Virus record (IMG/VR): IMGVR_UViG_3300020727_000006
DNA: 64,000 nucleotides
Source: an uncultured virus (IMG/VR IMGVR_UViG_3300020727_000006)
Lineage: Duplodnaviria; Heunggongvirae; Uroviricota; Caudoviricetes
Reading direction: 5' to 3' (one strand)
The first letter of the stretch is position 1. Each line of letters starts with the position of its first letter. The notes under the pieces were generated by a model. That model was not told the DNA's origin and searched no databases. It saw only the letters and a program-made list of their open reading frames with translations. A program made the translations under genes and the position numbers. Shown piece after piece: positions 9,997-18,408 of this stretch.

Positions 9997-10027
9997 TATT
10001 TATACTATACAATTAGAGGCTTTTCAA
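9997..10027 (-). promoter_or_regulatory. Composite sigma70/late promoter of the GHKL gene
   Basis: TTGAAA-17 nt-TATAAATA. Confidence 0.55.
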
Positions 10028-10056
10028 GCATTTTTTTTAATTATTTTCAATTATTT

Positions 10057-10941
10057 TTAAGAAATTTTAAAGGCAATATAATTGACTATCTCGCTTGCAA
10101 TGTCAAGGCCGCAATATTTTTCAAATCCTTCAAAGCCAGGCGCACTGTTAGCTTCACAGACTTTGTAACCATCTTTGTCAAATAGCAAGTCAATGCCAGC
10201 AATATCTAAACTAAGAGATTTAGCAGTTTCACGACATAGCAAATCAATTTCGTCCGTAATAGGAAATGGTTCTCCTGTGCCGCCACCAGTGATATTAGCA
10301 CGGAAGTCTCCTTCTGGACCAATGCGTTTCATTGCGCCAATACACTTGCCGCCAATTACCCATACCCGCAGGTCAGTTCCAATAGCGGCATCAATGAACT
10401 CCTGAACGATCATTGTTTTCTTTACGCCAAGATTATCAACAAGGTCCATTAGATTGACAAAGTGTTCTTTTGTTGGGCAAAGATGAACACCCTTGCCATG
10501 CGAACCTTGCAGCACTTTAACTACGCAAGGGAAACCAATTTCTTGTTCAACAGTTGTGATATGAACAGGAAACTTCACTAACATTGTTTTAGGTGTTGGT
10601 ATATTATTTGCAACTAATATCTGGTGCGCAAGTAGCTTATCGCGCACATTATTGATAGCATCACTGCTGTTGATTGTTTGCACATTATACTTCTCAAGAT
10701 GTCGCATAACTGCACTGCTAAAATAATTTGTGCCAGCACCTGTTCGCGTTAGAACAAGTTTAGGCATGGCGATAAGATCACCTTGGTAGCGAATACTTTT
10801 ATTCTTGCTACGGTTAACTATGATATCAAAATGATCGGGATGCATAAGTTTGGCGTCAATACCTTTGGCAGCAAATGCCGAAAGCAAACGACCATTCTCA
10901 TAGCTATCACGATGTTGACTTAAAATCCACACTGTGCTCAT
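10057..10941 (-). CDS. rimK: RimK-family ATP-grasp alpha-L-glutamate ligase
   Basis: RDKLLAHQ, GFPCVVK..GSHGKGV, QEFI, DLRVWVIG, FRANI..GG, EANSAPG. Confidence 0.88.
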   Translation of the reverse strand: MSTVWILSQHRDSYENGRLLSAFAAKGIDAKLMHPDHFDIIVNRSKNKSIRYQGDLIAMPKLVLTRTGAGTNYFSSAVMRHLEKYNVQTINSSDAINNVRDKLLAHQILVANNIPTPKTMLVKFPVHITTVEQEIGFPCVVKVLQGSHGKGVHLCPTKEHFVNLMDLVDNLGVKKTMIVQEFIDAAIGTDLRVWVIGGKCIGAMKRIGPEGDFRANITGGGTGEPFPITDEIDLLCRETAKSLSLDIAGIDLLFDKDGYKVCEANSAPGFEGFEKYCGLDIASEIVNYIAFKIS

Positions 10942-10956
10942 GCCATTAGTTATTCT

Positions 10957-11163
10957 TTAATTGATTTGTCGCAAATAATTCACAAAACTATCTGTGCACT
11001 TTGTCCAAGTGTAATCTTTGCTGCTTTCGTACACATATTTACGATAAAAGTTGGTGCTGCTCGCAAAGGGAAAACTGCCATAGAGATTTATGGAGAGGAA
11101 AAAGCAAAAGCAATGATTGAAAAACGAATAGCAACAATGGCAGAAAAAAGAAGGTGCGGGTAG
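10957..11163. pseudogene. Probable deletion scar: NUMOD-like endonuclease tail (+) abutting a glycosyltransferase-like C-terminus (-)
   Basis: Plus strand reads RKGKTAIEIYGEEKA (compare RGKTYEEIYGKEGA in 39173-40297); minus strand reads RKYVYESSKDYTWTKCTDSFVNYL*. Confidence 0.35.
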
Positions 11164-11297
11164 GATTTATACCTACAATTTTAAATGGTATTATATAAAG
11201 CAGAAGGGCTTATCATTCCCGTGCTAGCTAGTTCGTCGTTCTATTCCCATTCTTCCCCGTATCTAGGGCTGTGTGTCCTGTCCACGCCGCCGCACCT
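11152..11297 (-). ncRNA. tRNA-shaped ncRNA of unknown family (about 146 nt)
   Basis: 8-bp terminal stem AGGTGCGG/CCGCACCT, D-like arm with GG loop, T-like arm GTAGG-TATAAAT-CCTAC; TAAGTA 6 nt upstream; U-rich tail. Confidence 0.6.
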
Positions 11298-11306
11298 ATC
11301 TCTTAC

Positions 11307-11540
11307 TTAACCTTGACTTACAAAGTCATTTAGAATCTTGGCTTTCTCAACAATCTGTTCCATTGTATAAATTGGTGGGAGGTCTGGAATAGTAGGAACA
11401 GGTTTATGTCCTTCATGTGCCAATGAAACTTGATTGCTCCAATCAGTACGGATCATATCACATTTTGTATGGTATTCTGTGTTAAGTGCATCTTGTGCCA
11501 TCTTTAACAATTCAAGACGAAGCATATATGGATTTGACAT
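11307..11540 (-). CDS. Conserved-looking small phage protein
   Basis: AAGGAG RBS; NPYMLRLELLKMA...AKILNDFVS. Confidence 0.7.
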   Translation of the reverse strand: MSNPYMLRLELLKMAQDALNTEYHTKCDMIRTDWSNQVSLAHEGHKPVPTIPDLPPIYTMEQIVEKAKILNDFVSQG

Positions 11541-11667
11541 TATAATCTCCTTTGTGTGTTTGTGTGTAATGTCTGTATACTGTTGTATACCAATATACTT
11601 ATTTTTAACTTCATACACAATAAAATAATTTCAACTGTTAAATATGTTAGGAATTTTTGGAGCAACT

Positions 11668-12147
11668 ATGCGTAAATTTGGCATTTTTATGACAGTTTTA
11701 ATGTTTTCATCTGCTGTTAATGCATCGCAGCTTGAATTTCAATTCAAGAGTCCACAGTTTAGTGGAAACGGTTATGGTACATATTCTCAGCAAATCGAAA
11801 ACACTGAGTATACACGCCAACAAGCAATAGAAGCGTCAAAACAAGCAGCAGCCGCTGCTGCAGAATCTGCTGCAAAAAACAGTATTTTAAACCAATTTGT
11901 TAACAATTTACAAAGTCGTATCTATGCACAGGTTAGTCAAAACATAGCTAACCAGTTGTTTAATGGCACTGCTGGGTCAGCTAGTACAACTTGCGCAACA
12001 GCAGCGGCTGGATGCACAGTTCAATTTCCAGATGGCAGCAATGTTACATTTTGGAATGATGGAACTAATGTTAGTTTACAAATAATTGGTGGGTCAAGTG
12101 ATAGTTCAACAACGGTAACTATACCAATCGGAGCGTTCAAATTATGA
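11668..12147 (+). CDS. csgF: Curli assembly protein CsgF-like
   Basis: Signal peptide, SQLEFQFKSPQFSGNG, FVNNLQSRIYAQVS, C-terminal TIPI. Confidence 0.8.
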   Translation: MRKFGIFMTVLMFSSAVNASQLEFQFKSPQFSGNGYGTYSQQIENTEYTRQQAIEASKQAAAAAAESAAKNSILNQFVNNLQSRIYAQVSQNIANQLFNGTAGSASTTCATAAAGCTVQFPDGSNVTFWNDGTNVSLQIIGGSSDSSTTVTIPIGAFKL

Positions 12148-12995
12148 TTAAAAAACTTATTATATTAACCACAACGGTTCTTGCATTATCGGCATGCCAG
12201 ACTGCTAAGGAAGTGGTAGTTAATGAAAGACCAACCATTGTTCAGCCCGAACTGGTAAATGAATTTAAAAGCGTTCGTGCACCAGATGGTCCTCCGTTTG
12301 TAGTAGCACTTTATAACTTTAGTGACAAAACAGGTCAACGCAAACCAAACGATGCTTATGCTAGTTTAAGTAGTGCAGTCACACAAGGCGCAGAAGTTCT
12401 TGTTATCAAGGCACTAAAAGAAGTTGGCAATGGCAAATGGTTTCGTGTTGTAGAACGAGTTGGAATTGATGATATTGTAAAAGAACGCCAAATGATTCGT
12501 CAAACTCGTGAAACATTTGAAGGAACAAGTGCAAAGCCACTAGACCCTATGTTATTTGCTGGCATATTAATTGAAGGCGGCGTAATAGGATATGACACCA
12601 ACAAACAAAGCGGTGGTGTTGGTGCTGCCTTTCTTGGAATAGGCGCTGATACACAATATAGCCAAGATGTAGTAACTGTTTCTATGCGAGCGGTAAGCGT
12701 TCAAACTGGCGAAGTTCTTATGGAAGTAAGCACTACAAAGAACATATTAAGCACAGGCAGCAATGTTACATTTTTTAAATTCTATGATTTAGGAACCCAA
12801 CATGTAGAAAGTGAAGCAGGGTATACGATCAATGAACCTGTCACTTATGCTGTTAGAGTTGCAATAGAAGCGGCAGTAGTAGAACTAATCAAAGAAGGTG
12901 TGCGTAAAAAATATTGGAATTACGCTTCAAGACCTGATTCAACTAAATCTTTATCAACAAAACCCGTTATACAAAATGGTGGAAGTAAGCAATAA
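12144..12995 (+). CDS. csgG: Curli secretion channel CsgG/HfaB-family lipoprotein
   Basis: Lipobox LSAC, FSDKTGQRKP, SSAVTQG, WFRVVER, KERQMIR, EGGVIGYD. Confidence 0.92.
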   Translation: MIKKLIILTTTVLALSACQTAKEVVVNERPTIVQPELVNEFKSVRAPDGPPFVVALYNFSDKTGQRKPNDAYASLSSAVTQGAEVLVIKALKEVGNGKWFRVVERVGIDDIVKERQMIRQTRETFEGTSAKPLDPMLFAGILIEGGVIGYDTNKQSGGVGAAFLGIGADTQYSQDVVTVSMRAVSVQTGEVLMEVSTTKNILSTGSNVTFFKFYDLGTQHVESEAGYTINEPVTYAVRVAIEAAVVELIKEGVRKKYWNYASRPDSTKSLSTKPVIQNGGSKQ

Positions 12996-13018
12996 TATAT
13001 TGTGATAAGGATGGAATT

Positions 13019-13747
13019 ATGAGTATAAAAAAAAGTTTAGCAATTGCAGCAATGCTTTTGTACACGGGTATTGCAAACGCCAATGAATTATATATTGATC
13101 AAGTAGGTAACAGCGGAACTGTTAATTTAAATCAAACTGGTATAAACAATACTATTGGAAGTTCTCCTGTGCCATTTAATATTACTGGTGATGGTAGCAC
13201 TATCACTATGACACAAAGCGGCACAAGTAATACTATGACAGGCGATATTACTGGTTCAGCAGTAGAATTTACTTCTATTGTGTCAGGAAGTTTCAACACG
13301 CAAACTAATTATGGTACTGGCATGGATAATAGTACTATAACACAAACTATTACAGGCGACACAAACACTGTTACAATAGGAAGTAGCGGTGCTGGATTAG
13401 CTGCTAATGGTATAAAAAGCACAGGCAGCGGACCAACTAGCACAATTGGTATGGGAACTAATGTCACTGTGGCATTGGCTATCACTGGCAATACTAACAA
13501 TGTATTAAGTATTCCACAAAGCAACAATGGTATACAAACCATTACTTTGAATGGCAGTAATAACGATGTTACTGCGGTTCAAACTGGTGGCGGTGTTGGT
13601 AGTGGTCAAGGCCATGATTTAACATTGACAGTAACTGGTGGCTATAATACATATGATATTAACCAAAGTGGTTCAACTAAACAAATTGCTAGTGTTAGTA
13701 CAATTGGAAGTAATAATACGGTTACTATTCGTCAAAATGGTAACTAA
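13019..13747 (+). CDS. Secreted curlin-like beta-repeat protein
   Basis: Signal peptide; repeats of (I/L)xQxGxxN rich in N/T/G/Q; adjacent to csgG. Confidence 0.75.
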   Translation: MSIKKSLAIAAMLLYTGIANANELYIDQVGNSGTVNLNQTGINNTIGSSPVPFNITGDGSTITMTQSGTSNTMTGDITGSAVEFTSIVSGSFNTQTNYGTGMDNSTITQTITGDTNTVTIGSSGAGLAANGIKSTGSGPTSTIGMGTNVTVALAITGNTNNVLSIPQSNNGIQTITLNGSNNDVTAVQTGGGVGSGQGHDLTLTVTGGYNTYDINQSGSTKQIASVSTIGSNNTVTIRQNGN

Positions 13748-13752
13748 AATCA

Positions 13753-14871
13753 ATGAAGAAGATACTGGCATTTCTCATGGTGATGGTATCATCCCAATGT
13801 GCAAGTGCTGCAGTGGGGACCATTACTGAACAAACTGGTCCCACTTCTATTACCAGAGACAAATCCAGCTTTGATACACAAAAAGGCGCTGGAGTTGAAA
13901 TGGCAGATACTATCAAAACTGCTAGATCGCGTGTTGGTATTCAATTTGAAGATAATAGCACAGTTCAGATTACCGAAGATAGCAAACTTGAAATAGATGA
14001 GTTTGTTTATGATCCAGAAAAAAATGTAGGTAAAATGGCTATCAAGGTTGCGCTTGGGACTGTTCGCATGGCTAGCGGCAATATTGCTCATAACAGTGCA
14101 GACAATGTTAATATTCAAACGCCAACCGCTACTATTGCGGTTCGTGGTACTGATTTTAGCATGAGCGTAGATGAAATTGGACGCAGTGTTATTGTGTTGT
14201 TGCCAAGTTGTCCGCCTTATATAAAAGATGAAGCATTATGTAAAGTAGGCGAAATATCAGTTATAACAAATAATGGTAAGGTCACACTTAATAAAGCATA
14301 TCAAGCAACAGTTGTTAATAGTAGAAATTCTCCGCCGTCTACGCCAAAGATTGTTTCTATTGGTCTTGAAAATATCAATAATATGATTTTAATTGCTGTC
14401 CCAAAAGAAATTAAAAAAGAGTACAGCAACGACAATCAACTTAAGATTGATCAAGTTAATGTAGATTTTCTTGATAAAGATTTTTTAAAGTTTGATGAAT
14501 TAAAGAAAAATGCGCTAGCTGATAATGCGTTATCAACTTATGGTGCTACTCGTTTAGATATTAACTTGTTGGCAGTAAGTTTTTTGTTTAATGTGCTATC
14601 TGTGGATGCTGACACAAGTGGATTAGGTGGAAATCTTCTTGCACAAGCGATGGACACTGTTTTACCAGATTTTAAACCTATTGCTGGTCTAAGTGCAGTA
14701 ATTACGCCATATGATGTAACCATTACTCGTCAAGCAAGCGATCAACTTGCTCAAATAACAGTGCAGCGTTTTACTAACGCCACACTGACTATTTCACAAG
14801 ATAACATTAAAACCATTACAAAAGTTAATGGCGGCAACACCGTTGCGTTTAATATAAAACAAAGTCCGTAA
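13753..14871 (+). CDS. Periplasmic FecR-domain protein
   Basis: Signal peptide, IQFEDNS, LEIDEFVYDP, TPTATIAVRGTDF. Confidence 0.88.
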   Translation: MKKILAFLMVMVSSQCASAAVGTITEQTGPTSITRDKSSFDTQKGAGVEMADTIKTARSRVGIQFEDNSTVQITEDSKLEIDEFVYDPEKNVGKMAIKVALGTVRMASGNIAHNSADNVNIQTPTATIAVRGTDFSMSVDEIGRSVIVLLPSCPPYIKDEALCKVGEISVITNNGKVTLNKAYQATVVNSRNSPPSTPKIVSIGLENINNMILIAVPKEIKKEYSNDNQLKIDQVNVDFLDKDFLKFDELKKNALADNALSTYGATRLDINLLAVSFLFNVLSVDADTSGLGGNLLAQAMDTVLPDFKPIAGLSAVITPYDVTITRQASDQLAQITVQRFTNATLTISQDNIKTITKVNGGNTVAFNIKQSP

Positions 14872-14874
14872 TTT

Positions 14875-14950
14875 TGGTTGGGGAGCCAGGGATCGAACCT
14901 GGAATCTCCTGAGTCAAAGTCAGGCGTATTGCCAATTATACCACTCCCCA
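14875..14950 (-). tRNA. tRNA-Gln(UUG)
   Basis: Cloverleaf; anticodon arm CCTGA-CTTTGAC-TCAGG; GGTTCGATCC; encoded CCA. Confidence 0.95.
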
Positions 14951-14955
14951 ATAAC

Positions 14956-15693
14956 TTAGTTTTCGATTGCCTGTCCGTTTGGAGCAACCAATCCTTTTAC
15001 ACCAGTGCGGTCAAATTCAACCACATCTGCCTTTGGTAAGAATTTATACCAAAGATGTTCAATATCTATATATCCGCCAGCATTAACACGATCTTGCATA
15101 TGTTCAGTCATATCTTCGAGAAGTAAAATAAACTCTGCAATACGATTACCACCAAAACTATAAACACGCAACATATACTGCTGGTCTGTACCAGTAACTC
15201 CTGGAACAAATTGACTTAACATACGCTTAGAAACAACATACTTGTCACCAACAATGTCATTTTCATAATCTTTAGTATTAAACTTTTCAGTTAGTGTATA
15301 ACGACCACTGACCTTAAACACGCGATCACAATCTTTGAACCAACCTTCTTCCTGCGCAATATTAAAGAAACCTTGAACAACACCAAGTTCGGTTAAATTC
15401 TTTACAACATCTTGAACCGTAATGTTGTCATGAATCCATTTTACATTATCATCATCACTAAAGTCTATAAAATAATCAACATTTGCAGAGTTTAGCTTGT
15501 TGGCAACTTCTTCACTAATTCCTGGCTGACTGCAATCTGTCAAACAAATAACAGCATTTGGAATGCGTTCACGAACGCTCTTAATAGTTTCTAGCGTTTG
15601 TGCTAGTCTTTCTTCTGGACTATAAATTGAAAACTTTGCATTAATAGCACTAGTAATCAATACGCCGTATTTCTTTTCTGTTTTCTTAGGCAT
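14956..15693 (-). CDS. Hypothetical protein, glycosyltransferase-A-like
   Basis: LITSAI, RLAQTLETI, FKVSGRY motifs; adjacent to a sugar dehydratase. Confidence 0.5.
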   Translation of the reverse strand: MPKKTEKKYGVLITSAINAKFSIYSPEERLAQTLETIKSVRERIPNAVICLTDCSQPGISEEVANKLNSANVDYFIDFSDDDNVKWIHDNITVQDVVKNLTELGVVQGFFNIAQEEGWFKDCDRVFKVSGRYTLTEKFNTKDYENDIVGDKYVVSKRMLSQFVPGVTGTDQQYMLRVYSFGGNRIAEFILLLEDMTEHMQDRVNAGGYIDIEHLWYKFLPKADVVEFDRTGVKGLVAPNGQAIEN

Positions 15694-16732
15694 CTAAATT
15701 TAACCAATCTGGACGAGCAAGAGTCCAATCTACAACTTGTTTAATGCGTTCTGTAAGTTCAATCTTGGGTTCCCAACCAAGGCTCTTCATAAATTCACCA
15801 CTCAGTGAATAACGAAGGTCATGTCCAGGACGGCTACTATGAAAATCAACCATTTCATAGTGCAACTGTTTATCCTGTGAGTTGGCAATGATCTTGGCAA
15901 GTTCAAGGTTATCAATTTCTTGTTTGCCAACGATATTAAATTTAGGGCATTTTGCTCCACCAAACTCTGGTGGCATTGTAAAGTTTTCTAACCCTAAAAT
16001 AAACATCAATGCTTCGGCAACATCTTTTGCATGGATGTAATGACGAGAACCAGGAATAGTGCGAGTTTTATCACTGTGCACGGTAATCGTTTCGCCATCA
16101 CGCGCCTTACGGATGCACATAGGAATGAATTTTTCTGGATGCTGCCGCTCACCAAATACATTCATAGTATGAGTTACATAGATTGGCAGACCATAGGTAT
16201 TTTCATATGCTACTGCAAGTTCTTCGCCACCTGCCTTGGCTGCGCTATATGGATTGCCACTATTGTAGCGATCATATTCACCATAGTTCACGCCAACTGG
16301 TGCAGGACCAAATACTTCATCAGTTGAGAAATATACAAAGCGTTCTAGATTATCACACTTGCGAGCAAACTCAAGTATATTACAAGTTCCCACAACATTA
16401 TCCATGACGAATTCCATTGGATAATCGATGCTGCGATCAACATGACTGCCAGCGGCCAAGTGAAGAATAACATCAACATGACCAATGCGAGTTTTTGTAA
16501 GAGGGTTAATTTCTGCTTTAAGATCATGGAAGATTACCTTTACTCGTGCTCGTGTCTGTGGGCTATGGTCTTGCATCATATCATTTAGACGGTTAAGATT
16601 GCCGCTAAAATCTAAACGATCAAGACTGATAATATTCCAATCAGTAGTTTTAAGGATATGGTCGATAACATGGGTAGCAATAAAACCTGCACCACCCGTA
16701 ACTAATACATTCTTTGACAATTCAAGCTCCAT
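15686..16732 (-). CDS. NDP-glucose 4,6-dehydratase (RmlB-like)
   Basis: TGGAGFI, SHVDRSI, STDEVFG, YSAAK, RPGHDLRY. Confidence 0.9.
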   Translation of the reverse strand: MELELSKNVLVTGGAGFIATHVIDHILKTTDWNIISLDRLDFSGNLNRLNDMMQDHSPQTRARVKVIFHDLKAEINPLTKTRIGHVDVILHLAAGSHVDRSIDYPMEFVMDNVVGTCNILEFARKCDNLERFVYFSTDEVFGPAPVGVNYGEYDRYNSGNPYSAAKAGGEELAVAYENTYGLPIYVTHTMNVFGERQHPEKFIPMCIRKARDGETITVHSDKTRTIPGSRHYIHAKDVAEALMFILGLENFTMPPEFGGAKCPKFNIVGKQEIDNLELAKIIANSQDKQLHYEMVDFHSSRPGHDLRYSLSGEFMKSLGWEPKIELTERIKQVVDWTLARPDWLNLDA

Positions 16733-16753
16733 TATTGATACTAATATATATGG

Positions 16754-16978
16754 CTATGAAACCTTTGTCAATAAATTATTAATGATATCGTTACTAATTT
16801 TTCTGGCGTGTCCATTTCTATCAACCAAAACTAGACCAACACCAGTTGGGCTTGCATCATCTGGATAAAACTCAACAGTGGCTTCACTATCTTTGCCACT
16901 TTCACGAAGATAGCGTTTTACCATATTCATCATGCGCACATTTTTAAATGTGTTTTCACAATCAATTACATTATCCAT
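16754..16978 (-). CDS. Hypothetical protein
   Basis: ORF coupled to upstream gene (TAATG). Confidence 0.55.
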   Translation of the reverse strand: MDNVIDCENTFKNVRMMNMVKRYLRESGKDSEATVEFYPDDASPTGVGLVLVDRNGHARKISNDIINNLLTKVS

Positions 16979-17331
16979 TATTCAACTCCAACAACATGTT
17001 TGCAACTACGACGAAATTGAAAACCACTGCAAGTGCAAGATTTATACGCACCATCAACTGTAACAACATAAGTGTTTCCATTGGTGCCAGTGACTTGAAA
17101 TTGGCGTTTAGTGGCAGGAATAACAACTTTTGATTTAACTACATCGCCGTTGATTTTAACAATATGCTCACGAGCAATGATACGGACTGGAAACTTGTGA
17201 TCACCTGTCGTAAGAGCAACCGCAGGATAATCTACCCATTTAGGAACAGAAACTTCTTCGCCTTCATAGGAAAATTGTTTGATTTGTCCGTACATAGTGT
17301 TTTTTACCGTAACAATCATACCTGCCTCCAT
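16978..17331 (-). CDS. SWIM zinc-finger protein
   Basis: C-terminal YxV...CTCSGFQFRRSCKH. Confidence 0.75.
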   Translation of the reverse strand: MEAGMIVTVKNTMYGQIKQFSYEGEEVSVPKWVDYPAVALTTGDHKFPVRIIAREHIVKINGDVVKSKVVIPATKRQFQVTGTNGNTYVVTVDGAYKSCTCSGFQFRRSCKHVVGVE

Positions 17332-17344
17332 TGCTTATACTCTT

Positions 17345-17372
17345 AATATAGCATAGATTTTAACATTGTCAA
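17345..17372 (-). promoter_or_regulatory. Sigma70-type early promoter
   Basis: TTGACA-16 nt-TATATT (GCTATAT). Confidence 0.75.
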
Positions 17373-17375
17373 GCA

Positions 17376-17405
17376 AAAAAAAAACACCGCCGAAGCGGTG
17401 TTTTT
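17376..17405 (-). terminator. Intrinsic terminator with UUCG tetraloop
   Basis: AAAAACACCGC-TTCG-GCGGTGTTTTTTT. Confidence 0.85.
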
Positions 17406-17453
17406 AACGGACATCTTTAGTTTTGGCTCGTGCCGATGCCGCAAGTTTTTAAA

Positions 17454-17900
17454 TTACTTAGATTTTTTTGGTGCCTTTGGAGCAGCCGCCTTCTTGGCAC
17501 GAGGCTTCTTAACTGGCACAACTTCTGCAACTGGCGCTGCTTCTGTGACTGGCGTGTCAGCGGTAACAATAACTGGCGCTACTTCAACACGGTTTGGGTT
17601 TTGATCACTCATTGCCCATTCAGCATCGCTCAACTTATGTAACCCAACACAGTTACCTGTTGGGCTACGACCGCAGCCACAGGTTCCTTTCTTTGGTGCA
17701 TCTGTAGTAACAGTTTCAGTTGCTACTTCCACATTTGATAGTGGTGCTGTAGCTATCTTTGACAAAACTTCTTCAAGTTTTGCATTTGCGTCCGCTTCCA
17801 ATTTATCCAATGGATCAGGCGTCTTGTCGCTGTGAGTTAGTAATTTATAAATTACTGCAATAAGAACCGCAAGTCCAAGTAATACAATAATAGTATTCAT
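17454..17900 (-). CDS. Membrane-anchored protein with CDGSH-like Fe-S/zinc motif and basic KA/P tail
   Basis: N-terminal TM; CGCGRSPTGNCVGLH (3Cys-1His). Confidence 0.6.
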   Translation of the reverse strand: MNTIIVLLGLAVLIAVIYKLLTHSDKTPDPLDKLEADANAKLEEVLSKIATAPLSNVEVATETVTTDAPKKGTCGCGRSPTGNCVGLHKLSDAEWAMSDQNPNRVEVAPVIVTADTPVTEAAPVAEVVPVKKPRAKKAAAPKAPKKSK

Positions 17901-17961
17901 CGATTATCTCCTTTGTAGATATTTAATATCTATAATATGACAATTAAATTAAAATGTCAAA

Positions 17962-18270
17962 TTATTTGTATGTTGGGGAATAAAATTTAAATGCTTCCTT
18001 CCAGAAAGTGCTGTAAAGATCATTTGAAACTTGTTCTTGCATCTTCTTGAAATGCTTGCCAGCACTAACTTCTTCGACTGACTTTGCCATTTCACTTGAA
18101 ATAGTTCCCATTGCACTTGCTGCTGCCTTGACAGCATCTTTTGTATAAGCAGACTGTGCATCAACAAATGCATTTAGACTCTTTGCAACAGTTTCGTTCT
18201 GTACAAAAGTCTTAACCATTGTCTTCTTTGCGTTTTGTACAGTATCAATAAATTCATCGGTATCAAACAT
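17962..18270 (-). CDS. Phasin-like helical protein
   Basis: Small Ala-rich amphipathic helical protein; AAGGAG RBS; PhaR-type boxes upstream; second in-frame start about 25 codons upstream. Confidence 0.6.
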   Translation of the reverse strand: MFDTDEFIDTVQNAKKTMVKTFVQNETVAKSLNAFVDAQSAYTKDAVKAAASAMGTISSEMAKSVEEVSAGKHFKKMQEQVSNDLYSTFWKEAFKFYSPTYK

Positions 18271-18354
18271 TTCATTCTCCTTTGTGATGGCGGTTGTGCC
18301 GTTATTAATAAATTCTAATTCATCTACAGTGTATGGTTGCATCATTACTTCCTT

Positions 18355-18399
18355 TGCTGCACTGCATATATTTATACTGCACCGCAACAATTATGTCAA
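18355..18399 (-). promoter_or_regulatory. Promoter with two inverted PhaR-type operator boxes
   Basis: TTGACA-17 nt-TATAAATA flanked by TGCAGTGCAGCA (-) and TGCACCGCAACA (+). Confidence 0.65.
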
Positions 18400-18408
18400 T
18401 ATATTATT

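Noticed and set aside
14751..14987. 78-aa minus-strand ORF
   Set aside because: It runs through tRNA-Gln and antisense to the FecR gene
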